Positions 1 to 9,391 of a stretch of DNA of 64,000 bases are shown here, in pieces. The notes beneath the pieces are model-generated. The model was not told the DNA's origin. It worked only from the letters and a program-made list of their open reading frames with translations, and ran no database searches. Numbering within the stretch: position 1 is the stretch's first letter; the number at the start of each line of letters is the position of its first letter. Source of the DNA: Deltaproteobacteria bacterium (GTDB taxonomy: Bacteria; Myxococcota_A; Polyangia; JAAYKL01); NCBI GenBank assembly GCA_016935665.1, contig JAFGQN010000070.1, forward strand, positions 378 through 64,377, written 5' to 3'. The translations under genes were made by a program, and so were the position numbers.

Positions 1-103
1 TAGCATACAAGAACGTAAAACAATTGAATGTATCTTCGCACCTTGCCTTCGCCCAGAGAATATCGGTACTTTGATTGAATCGGAATTCTCCATAGGAAGA
101 CAT
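1..103 (-). CDS. partial hypothetical ORF running off the left edge (ATG at 103)
   Basis: ATG at 103..101 (minus) opens MSSYGEFRFNQSTDILWAKARCEDTFNCFTFLYA... with no stop before position 1. It is on the same strand as the giant NTPase gene and ~110 nt downstream of it. No motif recognised and the RBS is weak. Confidence 0.2.
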   Translation of the reverse strand, partial: MSSYGEFRFNQSTDILWAKARCEDTFNCFTFLYA

Positions 104-213
104 ACAGGAGTGCCACTACAATAATGCAGATAAATAAATGGATGAGGACATTTTCAAAAATTGCACCGTCAGTACACAGCGCCAACTGTTCTTTTAGTGA
201 AAGATGCACAATA

Positions 214-3200
214 TCAATCCTCCGCCAAATCTGAATTGTTTCTGGCCATTACGCAAACGTCGTAGTGCGTTTCCCGGTCGAGTACACTAAATTGGATGGG
301 GTTAAAGCTGATGGGAAGCCGAAAGTTCTGTCGTTCTGATTCTTTGAGCTCATTTTCCATTTTGCTCAGTAGTCGTTCCATGGAGTCCCTCTTTAGGCTC
401 AGCCGATGTTTGCTGAATCTGCTTTCAAGAGCGGATAGCTCTGTATCATGTGCCCATTGACAAAATCCTTCGTAAACCGGATCCTTAAATAGCTGGAGGA
501 AATGGATACAGATATGACGGATGCGAAGAAAGTTGTGGCGAGTGGGTTGCTTCTTTCCCAACAGGGTTTTCAAGGCCTGATTGAAGTAGCGATAGGAAGC
601 AATCCAAAGTGTCCCTTTACGAGTTTTGGAATCTTCGCCATTGTCACAGTCTTGGAGCAGAAACAAGTATAGCTCACCCAGGCATGTGCTCGCTTCAATC
701 GACTGCGAATCCTCAATTGTTTCCAGGAAATATTCATTTGAAATAAGGTACAACATTTCAGCGTAGAAAGAGGCATTTTGACACTGGATTTTGCGTTGCT
801 CGTCGTCCCCTTGTTCGTCGCTCGAGAGTTGGTTCGTTACTTTTTTTACGTTCAGAGGTGGGTTCGATGATTTATCATACCGCCACAAAGGATGTTGCCT
901 GTTTTTTGCATAATCTTTTTTGGTGCAATATTTATCCAAGTCTTCATTCTCTTCGCCAATTTCAGTTTCAAATTTTAAAGCCATGACCTGTTTCAGATAG
1001 TCCCGCAAAATGAATCTCGAAGACACGAATGGCTCGAAAAGTTTTGTTTGTGCCATCACAGCATAAAATTTTCCCCAGAGACATATTAGTTCAGCTAAGC
1101 GGCGCCGATCGGAAATCTTCATGTCCACAAAATGGGGTACGTCGCTTGGGGCTACGACAATAGCGCTGCATTCCCTGGAATCGGACCAGAATTCTTCAAT
1201 TTGTTCTGCATCCAAAACTCGCGTAATGCCCTTTTTCAAATCGACAGGTGAAAAATGTAATTTCTTTGCAACGGACGAACAGAAAGTCGCGTTACTTTTT
1301 TTCCGAATAGAAACATGTGAAGCGGCTGATACAAATTTTCGTGATAAACAGTTGAAACGGGATGGTTGTACACTAGGAATTTGCTTCAGGAGATCTCTCA
1401 AGTTTAAAAAAGAGTCTGAGTTTTCGGCTTTACTGATTATTTCTTCCACGATCTGCTTTGTGGCATCATACAACTTTCGCTCCCTTTTCTTTTCATATTG
1501 TTTGAATAATCGCTCCTTTATTATCACGATGATGATTTTTTTACGACGGTCTACGGAATCCTTGCTTACTAAAAGAGAACAGACTTGATTTTCCTGTTTG
1601 CGTGTTGTTTTACTGGCCAACTCTCCAATTGATGAAAACAAGTCTGAAAAGCTTTGCGGATCTATAGTCGACAAACGCTGATCGGTGTCTCTCTGAATAT
1701 TGCGTTGTTCTTTCTTCGCGATACTTTCAATTTCTTTATCACGTGCGGTCCGGAATTTATTGCGTACAAATTCGAATGCATCATCTATTATCGAATCTTT
1801 TATAGAATCAGCCTTGTCGTTCTCCTCTTTTGCCTCTTTTGCTTTTTCCGCTTTTATCTTTTCCGCTTCTGTCTTTTCCGCCTCCGCCTTTGCTTTTTTC
1901 GATTTTGTCCTATGCGATTTTATTCTACGCAATTTTATTCTCTTAAATTTGTGTTCCAAACTATTTTCGTTGTCCGACATCCATTCATGAATTGTTAAAA
2001 TGACGAAGCGTTCGAATTCAATATCCCAATAGAAAACATCTTTCTCAAAAAAACTTTCAACTTCTTTGAAAATTAAATTGTCGATTAGCCGTACAGCAAT
2101 CTCACTCAAGTTTTTGCTGTCCAACCGATAAGACAGTGAAAGTTTATTCCATTCGGAAGTATCTGTCCCCCGCGGGGATTCCTCAAGATTCCAGAGACGA
2201 CAGCGTAAACGTTTAACCAACACATCAAATCGATATCGTTTTCGCCCACCAATCTTGTACTGTTCAGCAGCAATACCGTACCACGCTTCGGGTTCATCAA
2301 GATTTGGCAAAGTTCCATTCAGGCATTTGTGTTCGATGTCCAATTTTTGATACTCTATACCCAAATGTTTCAATGTTCTTTTGAGTAAATCCTGTTTAGT
2401 TTCTTGATTCGATGATTTTTTCGTCCTTTTGTTCAGGTCTTTATTCGCGTTGGAACAAGCAACAAATACATCACCAACACTTTCGTAAATTTGTCCCTTA
2501 TAAATACTGCTGAAACATGGTCTTTTCAATTCGGAAGCCGCAGCAGAATAGAGTCGTTCCAGAGCCAGGAAGTAAAACATTAGTGCCAATCCAAAATCGC
2601 GACGCCTTACCATTATTTGCGCAATGAATATCAATTGTCGTAAAATAGCAACATCGTCGTTTTTACGAATGGCGTAGTCCAATCCCACAAGCAGATACAA
2701 ATTAGCAGTGACGCGGTGCCACAGCTTTTCGGCAACCAGGGAAATACCGCGCAGCATATCCAGTGCGCGAATTGGCTCCAGCTGGTTTCTTATTGGCCCA
2801 GTGTTTTGCGTTTGAATACCGCCATCCTTTTCAGAAGAAGACGTACCGTTACCGCTAATGGCTTTGAGCAAATAACCCAATTGGTCTTTTTCATCACCGG
2901 GTAGCATCAACTCCATTATTGCCTGAAAGTCACCAACGAAAGACACTGGCGAATGGATTCTTTTTTTCAAAGGTTCAACTTCTCCCAGTATGGGAGAGAA
3001 AGTAGAACAGCCTCTAAACACATCGTAAGTAATCTGCTGCTGCGAGTATACACTGTAAGTGTTCGCCGCTTCGACATAACCCAGTGCAATTTGGTAGCAT
3101 TGATAGGCCTCCTCGTGTTCATAATCAAGTTGGTGAATACATGCCAGCCTTCCAATAATATCAACCGCTACAGATACGATTTGGTTAAGCCGAACGACTT

Positions 3201-5472
3201 GTATGTGTGAAACAGCTGCATGATTGAGCTGAGAAACCTGATTATCCTCCATGAAAACCTGAACCCATCGTAGCGCTTTTTCGTACTCCAACTTCGCGGT
3301 TTCATGGTTCTCCAAAAGTTCATACAGATAACCAAGCCGATATTGCACATGGATTGTTTCAAGACGCTCCTTTACGGGTAACTGCTCTACCCTTGAAATG
3401 GTATCACGTAACAGTTGAATTTCATGAGACACATCTGTTTGAGTAAACCGCAGTTCCATTTGTTCGTCACCGAATGTCATAAACAGATATTCAAGATCGG
3501 ATTTAACACGGGGAAGAAACTGATATTCGTGTTTCCGCGGATCGAGCCGCATGATAAACCGATCCTCAAACAAATTCAGAATATATTCCATCAATCTTCG
3601 ACTGGGATAGAGTTCCTCTCTATGGGTCATGAAATTGGCGTTTTCAATATCCTTCCAGCTAAATCCCTTATTGTAAAATTTGAAGATATAATCGATAAAG
3701 TGAAACACTGCGACACAGGCTTTGTCATCAAGCTGTTCAAAGAAATCTCGGCGGGATTCCAATACCATCACTATGTCCGCAAAGAATTTCAGTTTTTTTC
3801 GCAGATCGCTTTTCAAATGGACGATGTACTTGACCTTGCCTCTTTTTTCCCAGTACTCCTCATCCTTCTCATAGTCGTCGCGATCGCGAATCATTCCGTA
3901 GAATTCACGTAAAATTTTTCGCGGAATTCCTCTACCTCGATAAGTTAAATACCGAAGAAAATAACGAATACGTCTGGCGTGTTTTTCTGTACAGGCAGAT
4001 TTTGTTTGTTCATCTGCCTCTTTGTCTAAGAGTTTTTCTAATTCCCCTATGAGCGTGTCAATGTTTTCATCGTCGCGGGTAGTGATGTTTTGCGAAACAT
4101 AGCTGTCCTTGCATCGTAGAACAAGTCGATATAGCTCATTAATTGAAAAATGGGGCAGTACCAGCAGGCCAGTATTGTACGTCCAATGGCCTGGATAAAT
4201 ACCAACAGCCGCAAGTGCGTGTTTGTACAAAGATATTGTTGATATCCCATTTTTTTCAGAGTTGTTTGGGTGCAGTTGTGGCGCCTTTAGCCTTGAAGTG
4301 AGGGTGCTGGGAACATAAATATTTTGAACAAAAATGGACTCGAATATGCCTTCGCCTTTGTTCTGATCTTCCTGCCAACTGTCGTCGACAATTTTACCGG
4401 CAATAAAAATATGAAAAGCGTTGGCTTCGCTCAGTAAAAATTTCAGGCTGGAAACAATGGTTTTTATTTCCTTCAATTTTGTGGATGCAATTTTATGGGA
4501 TGGTGTGTCTTCTGGACTATCCGGGACAAGTTTGTCGATTTCATCGAAGATAAAGATTAACTTGTAATCGCGATCGTACAGTTTGCGAATGCACAAAATC
4601 AAATCCTGTTGCGCTTCATGCAAGGTATAGCCACGATACTCATATGAAACAGCATTGACTTCAGAGTGCTTTTCCGTCACAGACACCCCAAACAGCCCCA
4701 TTGGGAATGACGCGGAAAATGTCGGCGACACCTCATGCCCCATGGTTTGCATATCTTTTTCAATTTTCACAAATCGGTCATATGTGTGTTCAATGCGCTC
4801 CGCTTCGTTTCCATCAAAACGACCAGTTCGTGAACACTCGGCGAGCTCCTTTATCATCATCATGACCAACGCCATTGGATCCCGGGAGGTGCTTAAATTG
4901 ATGCGAATTGGTACATAAAACGATTGTCCGCGAGGGTCCAGATGGTGTGATTTTTTGCCATCCTTGATGATTTGCGAAATGGTGTAGTTGACCAGCGATG
5001 ATTTCCCTGTTCCGCGATATCCGGTAACCAGAATACTCCCACCTTTCGATTTTTCGATGATTGACCGCAAACGCCGAAATTCCGATTCCGGAACGCAGAA
5101 TCGTTCGTCGTTGTGCATATCCGTTTTGTCGGGATCGTGACTTTCAAGTGCTGGTTTTCCCAGTGTCCCCGAACTGTCTATTTCTTGATTGTGGCTCGAA
5201 TGATGGGAAAATCCGAAGTTGCTTTTGTCAAGCCCAATCCACGTATCATTTTTTGGGGGAAGGGAACCCAGAAGTGTCAGAATATCTTTTTTTTCCATAT
5301 CGGCCTCGCAGTGCAATATGAGCCATGAAGTCTGAATGTCATCGAAATAAAACTTGGTGTTATGGGACTTGCGAATATAAACATCAACAGCAGAACAATA
5401 CAACGGGTATTTATAAAAATTCGCGATGTGGCTTGAAATTTGTATCGCGGTTTTCAAGAGAGTATTTGTCAT
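214..5472 (-). CDS. very large (1,752 aa) P-loop NTPase with TPR-like helical repeats and a K/E-rich coiled segment (STAND/AAA-like, family not identified)
   Basis: Uninterrupted 5,259-nt ORF. Walker A is VTGYRGTGKSSLV and the Walker B-like motif is KLIFIFDEIDKL. TPR-like helices follow (YRLGYLYELLENHETAKLEYEKALRW, AYQCYQIALGYVEAA), then a K/E-rich coil (KSKKAKAEAEKTEAEKIKAEKAKEAKEEN). The ~500-aa C-terminal part has no motif I recognise. AT-rich relative to most of the window. Confidence 0.85.
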   Translation of the reverse strand: MTNTLLKTAIQISSHIANFYKYPLYCSAVDVYIRKSHNTKFYFDDIQTSWLILHCEADMEKKDILTLLGSLPPKNDTWIGLDKSNFGFSHHSSHNQEIDSSGTLGKPALESHDPDKTDMHNDERFCVPESEFRRLRSIIEKSKGGSILVTGYRGTGKSSLVNYTISQIIKDGKKSHHLDPRGQSFYVPIRINLSTSRDPMALVMMMIKELAECSRTGRFDGNEAERIEHTYDRFVKIEKDMQTMGHEVSPTFSASFPMGLFGVSVTEKHSEVNAVSYEYRGYTLHEAQQDLILCIRKLYDRDYKLIFIFDEIDKLVPDSPEDTPSHKIASTKLKEIKTIVSSLKFLLSEANAFHIFIAGKIVDDSWQEDQNKGEGIFESIFVQNIYVPSTLTSRLKAPQLHPNNSEKNGISTISLYKHALAAVGIYPGHWTYNTGLLVLPHFSINELYRLVLRCKDSYVSQNITTRDDENIDTLIGELEKLLDKEADEQTKSACTEKHARRIRYFLRYLTYRGRGIPRKILREFYGMIRDRDDYEKDEEYWEKRGKVKYIVHLKSDLRKKLKFFADIVMVLESRRDFFEQLDDKACVAVFHFIDYIFKFYNKGFSWKDIENANFMTHREELYPSRRLMEYILNLFEDRFIMRLDPRKHEYQFLPRVKSDLEYLFMTFGDEQMELRFTQTDVSHEIQLLRDTISRVEQLPVKERLETIHVQYRLGYLYELLENHETAKLEYEKALRWVQVFMEDNQVSQLNHAAVSHIQVVRLNQIVSVAVDIIGRLACIHQLDYEHEEAYQCYQIALGYVEAANTYSVYSQQQITYDVFRGCSTFSPILGEVEPLKKRIHSPVSFVGDFQAIMELMLPGDEKDQLGYLLKAISGNGTSSSEKDGGIQTQNTGPIRNQLEPIRALDMLRGISLVAEKLWHRVTANLYLLVGLDYAIRKNDDVAILRQLIFIAQIMVRRRDFGLALMFYFLALERLYSAAASELKRPCFSSIYKGQIYESVGDVFVACSNANKDLNKRTKKSSNQETKQDLLKRTLKHLGIEYQKLDIEHKCLNGTLPNLDEPEAWYGIAAEQYKIGGRKRYRFDVLVKRLRCRLWNLEESPRGTDTSEWNKLSLSYRLDSKNLSEIAVRLIDNLIFKEVESFFEKDVFYWDIEFERFVILTIHEWMSDNENSLEHKFKRIKLRRIKSHRTKSKKAKAEAEKTEAEKIKAEKAKEAKEENDKADSIKDSIIDDAFEFVRNKFRTARDKEIESIAKKEQRNIQRDTDQRLSTIDPQSFSDLFSSIGELASKTTRKQENQVCSLLVSKDSVDRRKKIIIVIIKERLFKQYEKKRERKLYDATKQIVEEIISKAENSDSFLNLRDLLKQIPSVQPSRFNCLSRKFVSAASHVSIRKKSNATFCSSVAKKLHFSPVDLKKGITRVLDAEQIEEFWSDSRECSAIVVAPSDVPHFVDMKISDRRRLAELICLWGKFYAVMAQTKLFEPFVSSRFILRDYLKQVMALKFETEIGEENEDLDKYCTKKDYAKNRQHPLWRYDKSSNPPLNVKKVTNQLSSDEQGDDEQRKIQCQNASFYAEMLYLISNEYFLETIEDSQSIEASTCLGELYLFLLQDCDNGEDSKTRKGTLWIASYRYFNQALKTLLGKKQPTRHNFLRIRHICIHFLQLFKDPVYEGFCQWAHDTELSALESRFSKHRLSLKRDSMERLLSKMENELKESERQNFRLPISFNPIQFSVLDRETHYDVCVMARNNSDLAED

Positions 5473-5550
5473 GAGGAATCTCTTTTAATACCGCTATGGT
5501 CATGGCATGGATGTATAGGGTACAATGTGACGTCGCCAATTATTTCAAAA

Positions 5551-5574
5551 TTAGTGTGATGAAAAACACACTAA
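5551..5574. promoter_or_regulatory. perfect 8-bp inverted repeat (TTAGTGTG-N8-CACACTAA) ~80-100 nt upstream of the giant NTPase gene
   Basis: Read directly: ttagtgtg atgaaaaa cacactaa. The position fits an operator or 5' hairpin for the minus-strand gene starting at 5472. Function is unproven. Confidence 0.3.
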
Positions 5575-5699
5575 TAATGGCAACAAAGGAAACGCAACTG
5601 ATTCTGCAGTGGGGAATTTTTACCATTTCACCCCACATAAACTTGCACTTCGTATGCAGTTTTCCTCTGTAAGCTCCCCCCGGTTCTGAGCTGTTGTTG

Positions 5700-6281
5700 C
5701 TAGCCTCGCAAAACATCCTGTTCTGATGGCGGTGGTGGCAGTTCTGCGTACAATGCAACGTTCAGAACTGGTTTCAGCGGCATTTTCGCAGGCGCTGAAA
5801 CCTTTCCTGGTTGCCGAGAAAGAGGCAAAATCTCGCCAGTGACAATCGTCCTTCGCTGGTGCTTCTTCAGCCGCCACCATTTTTTCACCAGCCTTTCCCA
5901 ATTGTATCCGCTGCGCTCTTCCGCAAAAGCAGTGCCTTCGCCCAGTTCAAGGGCAATCCGGTCACGGATCACGCGCCCATCTCTGCCTTGATATTTCAAA
6001 AAGCAGCCAATGTACTGCAGAATGGCCTTTCGGGCCCCCTTGGGCGTGTACAACTCCGCTCGCCTACTCGCTGCTGCCGGGTCGATTTGTTCTCTTCGTT
6101 TTCTGCCTCCGTACATGATGATGTTGTTGCCGTACACGTGGGAGATATTCATGTATTCGTTTTCGAAGAGCTCTTTGAGTGCGCGTTGCAGAGTGGACAG
6201 ACTGCATGCTTCATTGGTGGCGCGTTGGATGGCGGCAGCCAATGCTTTGAGTGTGCATCTGGTTCCTTTTAAACAAAGCAA
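5700..6281 (-). CDS. hypothetical protein with HTH-like segment
   Basis: TTG-start ORF of 193 aa. It has an HTH-like stretch (TLKALAAAIQRATNEACSLSTLQRALKELF) and a basic C-terminal half. An antisense ORF of similar length (5811..6272) overlaps it, and it lies in a fragment-rich zone, so coding status is uncertain. Confidence 0.35.
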   Translation of the reverse strand: MLCLKGTRCTLKALAAAIQRATNEACSLSTLQRALKELFENEYMNISHVYGNNIIMYGGRKRREQIDPAAASRRAELYTPKGARKAILQYIGCFLKYQGRDGRVIRDRIALELGEGTAFAEERSGYNWERLVKKWWRLKKHQRRTIVTGEILPLSRQPGKVSAPAKMPLKPVLNVALYAELPPPPSEQDVLRG

Positions 6282-6550
6282 TCGCTCCAGCCATCAACAT
6301 ACTCCCGGCAATCGGCAAAGCGATGCTAAACGTTTTTTCGCGGTCAGACATTTGTTCGCCACTCGCAGCCGCAAGAATTCCTCCGGAGGAAGGACTCAAT
6401 AAATATGATATCCCGAGCATCCAACCAAGAGAGGATTGCAGCTTAGCCATTCCTCGTACGTACCTCTCAACGACCCATGATTCTTACGATTACATCAGAC
6501 AAATATCAGCAGATTAAATCAAACCAAGATCCGCACCAAAAGCAAACAAC

Positions 6551-6811
6551 GTGATTATTTCTGTATCGCGAAGCCTTGGATGGAAGCTTTGTTTGATCCA
6601 GTCCAATTTCTTTAGAACAGATAACGAAATTGATTATCTGGAAAAGTTCATTCCAACACTTGCCCAAAGCGCCACCAGGAAGGCCTGCCAGGATGCGTTG
6701 TGTCGCGGCAATACTGTTACTGAAATCGTTGATGGCAAGATAGTGGAAACCGCTCCAGACGGCACCCGAACAATCATCGGGGACGCCAAACCGATGGTAA
6801 AGGTTTGTTAA
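6551..6811 (+). CDS. small hypothetical protein
   Basis: GTG-start 86-aa ORF. The C-terminal part (ATRKACQDALCRGNTVTEIVDGKIVETAPDGTRTIIGDAKPMVKV) resembles a widespread small-protein pattern I recall but cannot name. It competes with antisense ORF 6506..6985. Confidence 0.3.
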   Translation: MIISVSRSLGWKLCLIQSNFFRTDNEIDYLEKFIPTLAQSATRKACQDALCRGNTVTEIVDGKIVETAPDGTRTIIGDAKPMVKVC

Positions 6812-7495
6812 GTCCCAAACCCGGGTAATTATTTTTCTGGCTGTTTCCAAAACAAAATTTCGGGTGTGCGACGCCATGCAGTATGTCGCGCAGCATGATT
6901 TATTTATGCCAGAGGCAAGCAGACTGCCCTGCAATGCCCATTTTGCACAATTTGGCGGCAGTGGACGCAGGCGGGCAGAATTCATTTGCGATTTCTTTTT
7001 CCTGCCAGGTTAAATCTTCATCAATCAGTTTTTCAAAAGCGTCAGGCCGCATGTTTTCATGTGACACTGGCAGGTGGAGCTGACGCTTTGCAGTTTCGGG
7101 CGGCGTCCCCCCTTTTTTGTGCTGCCATGGCGATGCAATACAGAAAGATTTAAGTCGTTTGCATGGTTGGTTTTAACCAGAATTTAATCAGTGTGGTGTG
7201 TCTGGTGATGAAATAGGTCGTATTGGGTAAAAATTGTCCGGGCAATGTCACGTCCCCCTATCGGCCGTTTTCGAGATTTGTTGCATTTAAAGAAAAAAAA
7301 GTAACCGGGACGGGATCACGGGATCACGGAAAGCGCTGGATGACCCGCGTAGCAGAGCCACAATCAGGGATGACACAGAAATATCAGGGCTTGCAAACGG
7401 CAGCGGATTCGTCGTTGAGTTTGGGAAAATCAATCTTTCTGGGACGCGTTTGATTTAATTTTCAATAATTCTACTACTGTGGTAAAAATTTACAA

Positions 7496-9106
7496 ATGAG
7501 ACACCTGCTATTTATGAGTCTGCTTTGTTTTATTGTTCTCTCCTGCGGCCGAATCGGATTTGAGGGTCATGCCAATGACAGCGATATTGTAGATATTTCA
7601 TCTGAAACTATTCCTTCCAACACTGATGACAATACGGATGTGGACACCGACTCCGATACAGTCAACCCCACTGACTGGGATACCGAAACAGATGCGGATA
7701 CAGTGACAGGTTCAAAAGAAGTTACTGACACGAACACAGTGGCCGACGCGGATACCGACTCCGTCTCCGACGCCGACTCCGACTCCGTCTCCGACGCCGA
7801 CTCCGATACCGTCACTGGCATCGATACATCGGCCGACGCGGATACCGACTCCGACTCCGATATCGCGCAAGTTACAGGCCAATTGGATGAGACCTTTGCC
7901 AATAACGGCACATTTCTACACCCTTCGGCGTTGGGGAACGACTACGCAAGAGATGCGCTGGTGTCGTCAGATGGTGCCATTTTTGTCACCGGATTTGTCT
8001 CCAATGGCACCAATTCCGACCTCGTTTTAATGAAGCTTACACCAGAGGGAACACTGGACATGACATTTAACGGGACGGGATACATCATTCGGGATAATAT
8101 TGCCGGAGGCAACGGTTCCGACGCGGGGTCAACAATTCTTTTTGCGCCGGATGGCGATTTGCTCATCAGCGGCACCAGTGATGGCGTCTCGGCCAAAGAG
8201 GGCGTGCTGTGGAAGGTCTCTACCAGTGGTGTCAGCGATTCGATGTTTGGGGCGTCGGGAACATTCACCCTCAATGAGGGAGATGACATTTCGGTTTTCA
8301 ATGCCAAATATGACAATGCCACCGGCAACATATTTATTGCGGGGCAAAGCTATATTGGAACAGATTTTTATACCGCGGCCTGGCGTGTACTGGCGGACGG
8401 GTCGGCGCTGGATCCCGGCTTCAACCACCCCGCCAGGGGTATAATCTATTCGGGGGGTCGGGGCTACAGCAACATACCTGAAACAGTTTCCAACGGCACC
8501 ATGGTGGTCGCGGGCATCTGCAATTCCGGGGGGATTCAGGACGATGGCTGCTCATGGCTGCTTGACACGGATGGAAACATTGTGTCCGCCTATGGCGCGC
8601 CGCTCGCCCACGGAGAATTGGCCGGGGGCAGCAACAACGACTACTGGTCCTCTGTAAATGCCTATCCCGGCAACCGGTTGATTCTCGGCGGTTCAAGTGA
8701 CAACGTCCTCAATGTGCAGGAAGCCGTGATAGCGCGAATCAATATGGTGGACGGTTCATTTGATACATCTTTTGGGGGAGGCGACGGATACTGGAATGAG
8801 GATGTCCTGGGTCTGGGCAAGCTGGCCCGCGTCCAGGACACTCTCGTGACAGCGGACGGTTCAATCATCGCCGCTCTGGAACTGCTTGGTGCAGACGATC
8901 AATTTGATGTGGCCGTTCTCCGGCTGGACGCCAACGGCATTCGCGACATGAGTTTTGGTTCAAATGAGGGCATCCTTGTCATCGGCGATGCATATACCGA
9001 ACGACATCCGAAAATGGCGCAGCAGCCTGACGGAAAAATACTGATTTTGACCGGCAAAGAAGATGCCGCGGGCGATGTAAACATTGTGGTGTGGCGCATT
9101 CTATAA
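7496..9106 (+). CDS. lipoprotein with acidic D/T/S linker and delta-60-type beta-propeller repeats
   Basis: Signal peptide plus lipobox MRHLLFMSLLCFIVLSC|G, then ~100 aa of D/T/S-rich linker. Repeated ~55-60-aa units carry the LDxxFGxxG...DG pattern (LDETFANNGT, LDMTFNGTGY, SDSMFGASGT, LDPGFNHPARG, FDTSFGGGDGY, RDMSFGSNEG), typical of the delta-60 repeat. Confidence 0.9.
   Translation: MRHLLFMSLLCFIVLSCGRIGFEGHANDSDIVDISSETIPSNTDDNTDVDTDSDTVNPTDWDTETDADTVTGSKEVTDTNTVADADTDSVSDADSDSVSDADSDTVTGIDTSADADTDSDSDIAQVTGQLDETFANNGTFLHPSALGNDYARDALVSSDGAIFVTGFVSNGTNSDLVLMKLTPEGTLDMTFNGTGYIIRDNIAGGNGSDAGSTILFAPDGDLLISGTSDGVSAKEGVLWKVSTSGVSDSMFGASGTFTLNEGDDISVFNAKYDNATGNIFIAGQSYIGTDFYTAAWRVLADGSALDPGFNHPARGIIYSGGRGYSNIPETVSNGTMVVAGICNSGGIQDDGCSWLLDTDGNIVSAYGAPLAHGELAGGSNNDYWSSVNAYPGNRLILGGSSDNVLNVQEAVIARINMVDGSFDTSFGGGDGYWNEDVLGLGKLARVQDTLVTADGSIIAALELLGADDQFDVAVLRLDANGIRDMSFGSNEGILVIGDAYTERHPKMAQQPDGKILILTGKEDAAGDVNIVVWRIL
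7742..7862 (+). repeat. in-CDS tandem/low-complexity repeats encoding the acidic linker
   Basis: The 24-bp unit GACTCCGTCTCCGACGCCGACTCC occurs back-to-back at 7757-7780 and 7781-7804. GCCGACGCGGATACCGACTCC recurs at 7742 and 7832. Confidence 0.75.
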
Positions 9107-9391
9107 CAAATCAACCGTTGTAGGGGGTCATGTGTTAAGGGGCTGTTGCCCAAACAGAAGTTTCGATTCCTGCAACAGTCTGTTTTCTGTCACTTTCATC
9201 TTCATCGCCACTTCGTTATTAAATAAAAGTAAAAAACGGTTTCGTGTCTGCGATGTCGCCTTCATCACAGGAGCAGAGCGGCTGTTCTTTGATTACAACG
9301 TACGTTCCATGGTTGGCGCATCTTTTTTGTAAATGCACTCATTTCAAATTCTATTCTATTGGGTGTTTGTCTTAACGCCGGAAAGACAAAT

